Origin: Octopus vulgaris
Lineage: Eukaryota
Assembly (NCBI GenBank): GCA_951406725.2
Contig: OX597829.1
Span: 3,782,001-3,846,000 of the forward strand
Direction of reading: 5' to 3'
DNA: 64,000 nt
Position numbers and translations under genes: made by a program
Notes under the pieces: generated by a model
The model's input: only the letters and a program-made list of their open reading frames with translations
Told to the model about the DNA's origin: nothing
Database searches by the model: none
Shown: positions 1 to 12,627 of the stretch, piece after piece
How positions within the stretch are numbered: position 1 is the first letter of the stretch
Layout: every line of letters begins with the position of its first letter

Positions 1-130
1 AAACAGAATCATATCCACGTCTCCGTGCATATCCAGTCGTTTTGCCCTGGTTTCCTCTGATTCAGTTGGCCATCTTTCTCTCTGCTGTTGTGCCTTGGCT
101 GCTAACTTTTTTTTTTCAGTCACATCTCTC

Positions 131-898
131 TCTATATAAACGGCAGTTTGTCTGTCTGTGTGTCTGTCAGGTTGTATCCTGACCCTGACTTTCAACCGAT
201 TCTGATGAAACTTGATACACACATAGCCCAATGTCATAATTCAAAACTAACGCAGCGAAAATTTTGAAAAGTTCCCCCAGTTCTGAAAAAATCGATAAAT
301 TCCACATGGGGTCGAGAATCTAAGCTTTTTATATGCAACACATTTTCTGTTGTAGTTTTCGCAACTTGCAATCGATTTTCACCAAACTCATGGTGAAGCT
401 TAATGTTACCCTAAGAAACTTAATTCTGACGTTAGTTTTCCATGCAATACCTTACCATCAGACAAAATCGATAAAATCATGCCATTTTGGGAAATCGCGT
501 TCAAATTCAAGATGACATATTTTCGACAATATCTTTCACAAATTGGCAGGAATTTTTTTTAAAATTCACAGCGAGCATCTAGTTTGGTCCAAGGAGCTAT
601 ATGACCCTTTTTATTTCAATATGATACTTTATTACTGGAAAAAATCGGTTAATTAAATCATATGTGGCACACATAGCAAACCGATTTGTGTATTAAACAC
701 AAACCACAGACTGTCTAGGGGATGCAATTGGTTCGGTTGAATTATCGATAGCTGTTTGATAGTTATTTGGGAGTGAAGAGAAGACATTGCAACCTACACA
801 TGCGCCTTCGTTCCCTAGAGGGAAAGGACTAGATTGGGATTAGTCGTGGCCTACTAGGGGTTCTTACATACCCGGGCAACGCTGGGCTATGCTGCTTG
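131..898 (+). mobile_element. Non-autonomous Helitron-like element
   Basis: 5' TC(TATATAAA) followed by a TCTGTCTGTGTG tract; 3' GC hairpin CCCGGGCAACGCTGGG (871-886) then CTTG|T in place of canonical CTAG|T; no TIR or TSD. Confidence 0.6.
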
Positions 899-1224
899 TA
901 TTATATATAAATGAAAGCTCGTTAGAAACTGTCTTGTTTAGCATGCTAGAAATAGCAACGATCACCTAGTTATTATTGTAAGGCTTATAGCGTCCCAAGT
1001 AACCATACCAACAAATCACTTCTTCATCAAAAAAAAAAAAAAATGCCGTTATATTAAAGAATTTTCATCTTATCAAAAATATTCATTCAACAAACTCGGG
1101 AAACTGATAATTTTCTTGAAATTGTGCCTCGTATAAAAGTTATACAGCTATTTTGTGTAAATATGAAATAAAAAAAAAAATCGTATAAGTGAATGCTCGT
1201 TAAAAATTATCTTGTTGATCGTGC

Positions 1225-1583
1225 GGATCTAGTCTTTCTCATTTGCAGAATGAGTCCCTCCCCCCTAATTTTGCTCAGATTGCTTTTAATTTTGGAGTAT
1301 CGATGCAACTCCGAATTTTAATTTCGACCAACCAATTACTTTATCTTGTAGATTAAAGAATCTGTTGTTATTTGGAATTAAAGTTGGGAAATTTGGGTTA
1401 TTTTAACCAATCAACAGACAGCGTGGCATTAGCAGTTTGTTACCATAACAACCACATGCTGTGTTCTGCTTCACCCGTATGCTGTGCCGATGTTTATGTT
1501 GATTTTTCACACTTAGTATTTTTACACATTTTTCATTTCATATTTTTTGGGAGCTCATTGATTCAGGTAGCAGGATTTATGAT

Positions 1584-1615
<32 letters not shown>

Positions 1616-4473
1616 TTAGCGTCCGTTTTCCATGCTAGCATGGGTTGGACGGTTCTGCTGGGGTCTGTGAAGCCAGAAGGCTTCATCAGGCCCAGTCAAA
1701 TCTGGCAGTGTTTCTACGGCTGGATGCCCTTCCTAACGCCAACCACTCCGTGAGTGTAGTGGGTGCTTTTTACGTGCCACCCGCACTGGTGCCAGCCAGA
1801 GCTGGCAAACGGCCACGAACGGATGGTGTTTTTTTATGTGCCACCGGCACGAGGGCCAGGCGAGGCTGGCAACGAACACGAAACGGGGCGGTGCTGGCAA
1901 CGGTCGCGAAACGGAAGGTTCTCTTACATGCCACCGGCACTGGTAACACATCTGCAATTTCCATTGATCGATTTCCATTGATCGATTTCGATTCTGATCC
2001 TCACTTGCCTCAATGGGTCTTCACAAGCAGAGTTTCGACATGCCACCGGCACTGGTAGCACATCCGCAATTTCCATTGATCGATTTCGATTCTGATCCTC
2101 ACTTGCCTCAACACGTCTTCACAAGTAGAGTTTTGTGTCCCAAGAAGGGAAGGTATGCATACGTAGGCTGGCTCCATCCCATGTAGAAGGCCACGGGTTG
2201 TGGACTCACTTGTCCTGCCGGGTCTTCTCGCGCACAGCACACTTCCAGAGGTCTCGGTCTCTAGTCATTTCCTCGGTGAGACCTAAAGTTCGAAGGTCGT
2301 GCTTCACCACCTCGTCCCAGGTTTTCCTGGGTCTGCCTCTTCCACAGGTTCCCTCAACCGCTAGGGTGTGGCACTTTTTCACACAACTATCTTCATCCAT
2401 TCTCGCCACATGACCATACCAGCGCAAACGTCTCTCTTGCACACCACAACTGATGCTTCTTAGGTCCAGCTTTTCTCTCAAGGTACTTACACTCTGCCGA
2501 GTGTGAGTACTGGCATTACACATCCATCGGAGCATACTGGCTTCATTTCTAGCGAGCTTACGCATATCCTCAGCAGTCACGGCCCATGTTTCACTGCCAT
2601 GTAGCATGGCTGTTCGTACACACGCATCATACAGTCTGCCTTTCACTCTGTGCGAGAGGCCTTTTGTCACCAGCAGAGGTAAGAGCTCTCTGAACTTTGC
2701 CCAAGCTATTCTTACTCTAGCAGTTACACTTTCAGCACACCCGCCCCCGCTGCTGACTTGGTCACCTAGGTAACGGAAACTATCAACTATTTCTAGTTTT
2801 TCTCCCTGGAAAGTGACAGAAGTTGGTCTCAGAGCATTTTCAGTGTTTATTGTTCCTGAGCATCTGCCACATACAAAAACCATCTTCCTAGTTAGCCTTC
2901 CTTTGACATTGCTGCATCTCTTATGTGTCCATAGCTTACACTTGGTGCATCTTATAGAGTTTCTACCTACACCTTTTCTACAGATCGAGCAGGGCCATCT
3001 ACCTGAAGGTGTTTGTGATTTGTCTACCTTCCTACTGATTACGACTTTGGTTTTAGCTAGATTGACTCTGAGGCCCTTCGATTCTAATCCTTGTTTCCAC
3101 ACCTGAAACTTCTCCTCCAGTTCTGATAGCGACTCAGCAATTAGAGCAAGGTCATCAGCATAGAGGAGCTCCCAAGGGCATCCTGTCTTGAATTCCTCCG
3201 TTATTGCCTGGAGGACTATGATAAATAGGAGGGGCTGAGTACTGAGCCTTGGTGGACCCCTACCTCTACCCGGAATTCTTCACTGTACTCATTTCCAACC
3301 CTCACCCTACTAGCGGCGTCCCTATACATGGCCCGCACAGCTCTCACTAACCATTCATCTATCCCTAGTTTTCTCATTGCCCACCAGATAAGGGATCGGG
3401 GGACCCTGTCGAAGGCTTTCTCCATGTCAACAAAAGCCAGGTACAGGGGCTTATCTTTGGCTAGGTATTTCTCCTGCAGCTGCCTTACCAGGAATATAGC
3501 ATCAGTAGTACTTTTCCCTGGCACAAACCCAAACTGCATCTCATCTAAACTAACTCTCTCTCTAATTAGTTGGGCTATGACCCTCTCCGTAACCTTCATC
3601 ACCTGGTCCAACAGCTTGATACCTCTGTAGTTGTTTGTATCTAGGGCATCACCTTTACCTTTGTAGCAGTTGACTATTATACTGCTATTATTCACTAGGT
3701 TAATTCTATTCATAAAAATATGAATTAGGAGTATTTCTTAAACCGTTAGTTTCCCATTTCAACAGCTTAACTGAAACTTAGCACACTTAATAGGAACTGA
3801 AAGGGACATCGTGGAACATAGAAACTGTGGGTGATACAGATAATTTGACGTTATTTTTGAATTCTGCATGCAAAAACATTATAAGATAAAGGTATTCTTT
3901 TTCCTTGGGACAAATTCTTTGTTGACCAGTGTTACTTTTTATCGTAGTTTACAAATCCAAGCATGAAAACGTTACTCAACTTTGTAGTTTGGGAGAGAAA
4001 TGTCCACTTTTCACACATAGACACACACACACATGCACTTATATATTAATGATGTACATAAATACATGGCAGGTATACATAATACTAATATACGCATTAA
4101 GTAAACACATACAGACAAATATATTAATACAACAAATTTTTTTTAAATGATAAAAATATACAATCAATGAAAAAGTAAGATGACACATGTTGATTTTATT
4201 ACGTATTTCTGTTTATTTAGAAACCTACAATGAAGAGGTCAGATGCTAAACTATAAATTTCACAGGTTACAACCTTAAAATTGACACCGCTCCGTTAAAC
4301 GCAGAAAATTTCTGTCTTGCTATTGGCTAAAAATACCCAGTTTTTTCGATTTTTAAAACCTCTGTAACATTTTTCTCTCCACAACACCATACCTACCTTA
4401 TTATAACCGATTTTCAGATTTTTTACTTCCTTTTAAAAAATGCATATTTTGCGAATGGAAAAAAACTAGATCC
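1225..4473. mobile_element. Non-autonomous TIR DNA element with GGATCTAGT termini, containing a nested RTE LINE
   Basis: Left end GGATCTAGTCTTTCTCATTTGCAGAAT; right end (reverse complement) GGATCTAGTTTTTTTCCATTCGCAAAAT; degenerate 8-bp TSD GATCGTGC/TAGCGTGC; interrupts a repeat unit exactly. Confidence 0.6.
1586..3690 (-). mobile_element. 5'-truncated RTE-clade LINE: RT with embedded PHD finger, 3'UTR and (GAT)n tail
   Basis: ORFs 3216-3713 and 2206-3102 carry NYRGIKLL, QFGFVPG, FVDMEKAFD, GVHQGSVLSP, LLYADD (about 3151-3168), FRYLG, RLRWYGHV and RGRPRKTW; one frameshift near 3232; (CAT)n tract on + at 1586-1614. Confidence 0.93.
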
Positions 4474-5427
4474 TAGCGTGCTAGAAATAGCAGCGATGAA
4501 GTGGTTATTACTGGGAGGCTTATAGCGTTCCAAGTAGCCATACCAACAAAATCACTCCTTCATTAAAAAAAGAAAAATAAATAAAATTATACCCGTATAT
4601 TAAAGAATTTTCATTTTATCAAAAATATTCATTGAACAATGGAAACTGATAATATTCTTGAAATTGTGTCCCGTATCAAAGTTATACAGCTATTACTGAA
4701 ATTATCATTAGTGAAAAGAGAGGCGAGAGAGAATGAGACTGCAAATATAAACGTAAAATGTTGCCTGCAACGAATTAGTGTTTATTATTAAACATTAAAA
4801 GCTACTCCACAGGGAATGCAATGAATATTTAGATTTGCGAGAATTTGGAGTTAAAAAAAGAAAATTCAATAAACTTCAGAAATTGAAATTATAGGAAATT
4901 TCTTAGAACATGAATTTAGAAAAATATTTACAGACAGTCAACCATTTAATAATTGCTTTCTTTTGGTACTCTTAGTAATTGTTACATACCTAATTAATAA
5001 ACAGCTTTCTCCATTATAACATAGATACATAGACATATGCATACATGCATGCACACACACACACACACCTACATTACATATGCATACATTTCACACGTAC
5101 ATACATGAATGCATACATACGCGCGCACACATACGTACATACGTTTAAATGTGTTTTTGTATATCATCGATCTATTGTTCATTTTCCCAGGCTTGTTACA
5201 GAGTTGGATGGAGTTTATTAAGGCAAATTTTTCCATGGTCGGTTGCCCTTTCTATCACCAACTTTCACTTGTTTTCCAGTAACGTAATATTTCCTCATGG
5301 CCAGACTTCTTGCAGAATAATGGCAATGAATCACACACACGCGCGCGCGTATATATGACGGGCTTCTTTCAGTTTCTGTCTTGTAGATCCATTCACAAAA
5401 CTTTGATTATTTCGTGGCTACCTGAAA

Positions 5428-6520
5428 TACATACATACACACACACATACATGCATACACGCATACATACATACACACATACATACATACACACATACAT
5501 ACATACATACACGCATACATACATACACACATACATACATACACACATACATACATATATACATACATACATACATGCATACATACATACGTACACATAC
5601 ACACATGCATACATACACACACATACATACATACATACACAGATACATACACACATACATTCAAACATACATACATACACACAAACATACATACACACAT
5701 ACATACACACATACATACATACATATATACATACATACATACATACATACATACATTCAAACACACATACATTCAAACATACATACTTACATACACACAT
5801 ACATACATACACACACATACATACATACATACATACATATACACACATACATATACACACATACACATATACATACACACATACATTCAAACATACATAC
5901 ATACATACATACATACATACATACATACATACATACACACATACATACATACGTACGTACATACATACATACATACATACATACATACATACATACATAC
6001 ATACGTACGTACATACACACATACATACATACGTACGTACATACACACATACATACATACGTACGTACATACACACATACATACATACGTACGTACATAC
6101 ACACATACATACATACGTACGTACATACATACATACATACACACGTACATACGTACGTACATACATACATACATACATACATACATACATACACACGTAC
6201 GTACGTACATACATACATACATACATACATACATACGTACGTACGTACGTACGTACATACATACATACATACATACATACATACATACATACACACATAC
6301 ATACATACATACATACATACATACATACACACACATACATACATACATACATACATACATACATACATACATACATACATACGTACGTACATACACACAT
6401 ACATACGTACGTACATACACACATACATACATACACACATACATACATACATACATACATACATACATACATACATACATACATACACACATACATACAC
6501 ACATACATACATACATACAT

Positions 6521-6553
<33 letters not shown>

Positions 6554-6882
6554 TACATACATACATACATACATACATACATACATACATACATAAATAC
6601 ACATACATACATACATACATACATGCATACATACATACATACACACATACATACATACACACACACATACATACATACATACATACATACATACATACAT
6701 ACATACATACATACATACATACATACATACATACATACATACATACATACATACATACATACATACACACACACATACATACATAGATACATACATACAC
6801 ACACACACACACACATACATACATACATACATACATACATACATACATACATACATACATACATACATACACACACACATAC

Positions 6883-6917
<35 letters not shown>

Positions 6918-7018
6918 TACATACATACATACATACATACATACATACATACATACACACATACATACACACATACACACATACACACATACACACGTAC
7001 ATACGTACACACGTACAT
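5428..7018. repeat. ~1.6-kb compound (TACA)n/(CA)n/(TACG)n microsatellite
   Basis: Directly visible; accounts for all the YIHT/MYVC ORFs here. Confidence 0.98.
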
Positions 7019-7124
7019 ATGTCTGTATTTAACCCAGGCACCACGCAGTGGGATTGAACCCGAAACCAATGATACACGGGAAGCGAGCAATTGTATAGGG
7101 AATCCGTTGCCTGTTCAGTGATAG

Positions 7125-7445
7125 TTGTGATGACAATGATGCTGGTGCTGCTGCTTCTCACAACGCGGTGCCGTCGATGGTGATGGTTATAGTGATGGTG
7201 ATGCTGCTGACTGGGACGACGCTGCTGCTGTTGATGATGATGATGATGATCGCAATAGTGATTTCGTTGGTTACGGTTGTTGATGTCCATGGCAATGATG
7301 CTGGTAATGATGATAATGATGATGTAGATGATGACAATTGTAGTGATAACTTTGTTTGCAGTGATGATGATGCTTGCAGTGGTGGTGGTCGTGGTGGTGA
7401 CGACGAAGCTAATTTTAACGGTGCGTGTAGACATGGCTGTTGTCG
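7125..7445. repeat. Degenerate trinucleotide repeat (GAT/GGT/GCT)
   Basis: Runs of GATGATG, GGTGGT and GCTGCT. Confidence 0.8.
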
Positions 7446-7776
7446 TTGAATGCTGTATACAAACGCATAATAAATCTAAATGCCAACATACTGAACCTTA
7501 ACCTCTTCTTTCCCCGATCCCTTTCTTTCTCACCTTTCAAATCACAGTTTAACACACGCCATATTTCATTTTAATATGCTCCCTCATGGCCATGGTGTTT
7601 TTCTTCACAGACACATGGATTTCACACTTCTTCTGTCGCAGAACACATGGGACCAAAATTCCTTTTGTTATGACCAGAAAGAGAGATCCTTTTCTCTCAC
7701 AGTTTGGCTTTGTCTGTTAAAACACACACACACCATTCGAATTACAAGATATCTGAAATATAATTTCTTGTGTGTA

Positions 7777-7929
<153 letters not shown>

Positions 7930-8423
7930 ATTTATAAGTTTAAATTATTTAAATAATTTTTTATATTTTAAAATTAATTTTATGTATTGACTTATGTTTT
8001 TCACTGTTTGATTTGCCTAATAGTGGTTTTATCTCTAATTTAATATAATATAATATAATATATATATATATATATAGAGATATACTAATACATCTGTTTG
8101 TTTTGTACACCACCTGTCTTCGTCTTTTGTTTTTTCGTAAACTTTCCCTATATATATATAGATAGATAGATAGATAGATAAGTTTCTTTATTGGCCACAC
8201 AGGGCTGCACACAGATGGACAAGTTACAAGGTAGAGCTTTTCTTTTGGAGGATAAAAAAAAACAAAAGAAACAAACAAAAAAAAGGTGGCGTATTTTTCG
8301 ATCAAAATGGATCGTAAAAAGGAAAAAAAAGAACAAAAAGTAAAATTAAAAAAAGAAAAAAAGGAAAAGGAACAAAAGAAAAGAGAAATGAAAAAAAGAA
8401 GAAAAAAGAGGAAAAAAAGATAG

Positions 8424-8499
<76 letters not shown>

Positions 8500-8955
8500 G
8501 GAAGACAGGCAAGCAAAGTATTTGGCTGTTTACTTCATAATAAAGGTATGAAATGGTTATGGCAGATAAGCAGTCTCTTGCAGCTGTTCCTGGAATACCC
8601 GAGCAAGTGGATCATATCAATGTGTAACAAATCCACGTATGCTGTCATCGGAAAGATCGAAGAAGTAAAACGGTGTAGAAGTACAGATCCATAATTGAGG
8701 TTAGATCCATAATTGTAAGTTAGAATGAGAGGTGTTATGTAAATGTTTTGCTTGACCATTTTTTCATTTTTTGATCTAATAATATCCGTTGAATCAGGCA
8801 CCGTTTCTAGACGTCTTCGATTTCAACACCTCGTTTTCATTCGCACTTCAAGAAGGTGTTTTAGTGGATCTAAGCACTCGTTGTACACACCTGTATATAT
8901 GTCAATGGACGTATACTACGTGCATATCCTACACACACATGCGCGCGCACACACA

Positions 8956-9009
<54 letters not shown>

Positions 9010-9339
9010 CAGAGGCGTAGCTATGTGGTAAGAAGCATGTTTGTGTTCGTCACCACTTGGCGAGTTAGCGGTTCGGCAAAGAGACTGATGGAATAAGTAC
9101 CAGGATTAAACAGTAAATAAATAAATGAAAACCGTGGTCGATTTCTTCCGCAAAAATTCTTCAAGGTGGAGCTTCAGTATGGCCGCAGTCTAATGACTAA
9201 AAAAAGTAAAAAAGAAAAATATTTTACACACACACACACGTGCGAATGTGTGTGTGTGTGTGTGTGTGTGACAAACATACATATAAAGACGTACATAAAT
9301 ACACTCTATAGAAGAAAACACCAAAGGTACCACGCAGTT

Positions 9340-9398
<59 letters not shown>

Positions 9399-9400
<2 letters not shown>

Positions 9401-12400
9401 GTTGTTGGCATCCTTTTCGTCTCGGGAGACAATGGAGTTGCGCATAAAATAATCTAGTCCGGCTTTTACATTTTATGTCCTAATACATCTCCTGCAGTGG
9501 CTGTGTAGTCCTATCCTGGACAAACACTCCCTCTGGCAGGTGCCACAAATGTAGCGAAGACTTTTCCTGGCTGGTTGTAATGCCATAGTTTCTTGTTGAC
9601 GTCTTTTCCTCTCTTTCCATTTCTCCTCTCTCTCTCTCTCTCTCTCTCTCACTCACCCCTTTGTGTTCCCTCTTTTACGGTACGTCACCAATCTCCACGG
9701 TTGCTGGCAACTGCTTCCCAGTTGCTAATATTGATGTTGCAGGCCTTCATGTCCCTTTTGCAAACATCCTTGTATCGTAAGAACGGTCTTCCCACAGACC
9801 TAGTGCCCCTAGCAAGCTCTCCGTAGAGTATGTCCTTGGAGATTCTGCCATCTTCCATACGGCTAAGAGTCCAAGCCATCTCATACGTCTTTGTGTGAGG
9901 AGTGCAAACATGCTTGGTATTCCTGCTTGCTTAAGGACATCTTTGTTGGGGATATGATTCTGCCATTTGATGCGGAGGATTTTCCGGAGGCAACGCAGGT
10001 GAAAGATGTTTAGCCGACGCTCTTGGCATGTGTATAGCGTCCAAGTCTCACTTTCATACAGTAGAGTGCTAAGTACACATGCCTGGTAGATCTTCATTTT
10101 CGTGGTCTTGGTCAGCTTATTGTTGTCCCATGCCCGTTTGGAGAGTTGGGCCATTGCAGCAGCTGCCTTGCCAATGCGTATATTGAGCTCAGCGTCAACG
10201 GATAGGTTGTAGGTGACGGTAGAGCCAAGATAGGTAAACTTCTCCACCTCTTGTAATCTGTGGTCTCCAATATGTATGTTCGGGATGTCCGATGTAGCCT
10301 GACCCATGATGTTGGTCTTCTTAAGGCTGATAGCTAAGCCAAAGTCATTACTTGCTTGCTCAAAACAGTTAATGAGCCTTTGGAGGGCTTCTTCTGTGTG
10401 TGATACCAGAGCGGCATCATCAGCAAATAGCATCTCCTTGATCAGGACGTTTCTGATTTTGGTCTTGGCACACAGGCGCGAGAGATTGAACAGTTTCCCG
10501 TCACTTCTACTGTTCAGAAACACTCCATCATCTGATGTCTGAAAGGCATGTGAGAGTAAGAGCGAGAAGAAGGTCTTTCCAACAGTGCTTAGAAGAGATA
10601 TTCCACGGTAATTGTTACAATCACCACGGTCACCTTTCTTTTTGTAAAGCGTAATGATGTTAGCATCCCGCATATCCTGAGGGACTGTACCCTCTTCCCA
10701 GCACTGACACAGAAGCTCATGAAGGTGCCGCAGCAAGATGGTGTTTTTGCCGGCTTTGATGATCTCTGAAGGGATGCCGTCTTTTCCCGGAGCCTTGTTT
10801 CTTGCTAGGGAGTCAATAGCCTTGGTGAGCTCTGCTATAGATGGCGGACTGTCACGTTCGCACATGACTGGCAAGATCTTGACACTCTCGACTGCAGCCT
10901 CAACCACTGTAGTCTCCCGTGAGTAGAGATCCTGGTAGTGCCCCACCCATCTATCCATTTGCTTGCTTTGATCCCTGATGAGATCTCCAGTAGTTGATTT
11001 CAGAGGGGCTGACTTGGTTGCGGATGGACCGAGGGCCTTCGTCAAACCAGCATACATCCCACGGGTGTCGCCCCCGTCAGCAGCTGACTGGATACTCTGA
11101 TAGATTTCCTGCCAATACCTATTTGCACCGCGTCTGGCAGTCAGTTGGGTTTTATTTCTTGCCTTTCTGAGTTCTTCGAGTGACTTTATAGAAGAATCAC
11201 TCTTGTATTGCATCAGAGCTGCACGCTTTGCTTCGATAACTGGCTCCAGCTCTGAGAGCCCAGCATTGAACCAATCTGGGTTTTGCCTTTCTCTCATGCC
11301 GAAAGTATCTATTGAAACTGGAGAGGACACTTCAGTGCTGCTGTAAAAAGCTGCAGAAACAACACTGGAGGTAACAGTCACGAGTGATAAGTCCATTCAG
11401 ATTGGCGTAAAATATGGGCGCTACGGGTTACCTCTGACGGTGGGAGGGGCCTCCGTGTCCTATTGGTTAGCTACTGCCCACCTCAAGCTGGGCAGCCTCC
11501 AGTTAATAAGGTGCTGACCCGCCACAGGCCGCCTGCTTCATTGGGTGCTTGGAGCTAAGAGTATGACTTGAAAAGCGACCTGCAACCTCTGCACCAGGCA
11601 AACAACTAAAAGACAAGAAACTACCAGTCCTGCGGTTGGCAAGCTGGAATGTCAGGACCATGTGCCCTGGAATATCTGATGATCTACCCAGGGTTGAAGA
11701 CACAAGGAAAACGGCCATCATTGACCGTGAACTAAAGAGGCTTAACATAGACATTGCTGGGCTGCAGGAGACAAGACTTCCCTCAAACGGCAAACTCAAA
11801 GAACAGGATTTCACCTTCTTTTGGCAGGGAAGCGATCCAGAAGAACCTCGTCAGCATGGTGTTGGCTTTGCAGTGAGAAACTCATTACTCTCCTCAATAG
11901 AATCACCATCAGGAGCCACTGAGCGTATCATCTCACTGCACCTCTCGACTTCTTCTGGCTCAGTACATCTACTCAGCATCTATGCTCCCACTCTCTACAG
12001 CTCAGAGGAGACCAAGGACTAGTTCTACAAAGATCTCAACTGTGTCATAAAAAATATACCAACAACTGAAAATATCTACCTTCTAGGGGATTTTAACGCT
12101 CACGTGGGATCTGACCATGATTCGTGGCCCATTTGTGTTGGACACTTTGGTGTTGGCCACATGAACGACAATGGTTAGAGACTACTTGAATTTTGCACAT
12201 ACCATAACCTGTGCTTCACCAACACATTCTTTGCCAACAAGCCATCCCACAAGGCATCTCGGAGACATCCAAGATCTCACCACTGGCATCAGCTGGATCT
12301 CATCATTACACGGAGATCCTTCTGAATTCTATTCTATTGACCCGCAGTTACCACAGCGTGGATTGTGACACAGACCACTCACTAATAAGAAGTAGAGTGA

Positions 12401-12574
12401 GGATTCTGCCTAAAAAAGTCCATCGCTCCAAGAAAGTGGGCCGACCACGCATTAACACTGCCAGAACCTCGGACCCTACACTGCGAAAATGTTTTTCTGC
12501 TTCTATCAAGGTTGCCCTCAGCAGCTGCCCAACCTCCTCTGCTGAAGGTAGGTGGAATTATATCAGGGAAGCTT

Positions 12575-12577
<3 letters not shown>
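9399..12577 (-). mobile_element. RTE (BovB-like) LINE, near full length, with inverted 5' segment and an internal RT deletion
   Basis: Minus 9399-~11315: RQNPDWF, KAPGKDGIP, NNYRGISLLS, MLFADD, FTYLGS, LLYESETW, RTE-type 3' end CCATTGTCTCCCGAGACGAAAAGGATGCCAACAAC. Plus ~11316-12577: 5'UTR and APE endonuclease (SWNVRT, IAGLQET, HGVGF, SIYAPT, GDFN, DCDTDH) with stops and frameshifts. Flanked by (TA)n on both sides. Confidence 0.92.

Positions 12578-12624
<47 letters not shown>

Positions 12625-12627
<3 letters not shown>

Larger units (their letters stand above)
911..4695. repeat. Two diverged ~280-bp tandem units (about 911-1190; 1191-1224 plus 4474-4695), the second split by a TIR element
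   Basis: TGAAAGCTCGTTAGAAACTGTCTTGTTTAGCATGCTAGAAATAGC...GTTATACAGCTATT in unit 1 aligns with TGAATGCTCGTTAAAAATTATCTTGTTGATCGTGC (1190-1224) continued by TAGCGTGCTAGAAATAGC...GTTATACAGCTATT (from 4474). Confidence 0.7.

Noticed and set aside
5310-7434. ORFs of 400-565 aa (YIHT/MYVC repeats)
   Set aside because: Stop-free translations of a TACA microsatellite.
8535-8801. 88-aa ORF in unique-looking DNA
   Set aside because: No recognisable domain and no convincing splice or start context.
9747-11396. 549-aa ORF as a functional RT gene
   Set aside because: Its N-terminus reads across the inversion junction and the RT core is deleted; it is a dead LINE copy.
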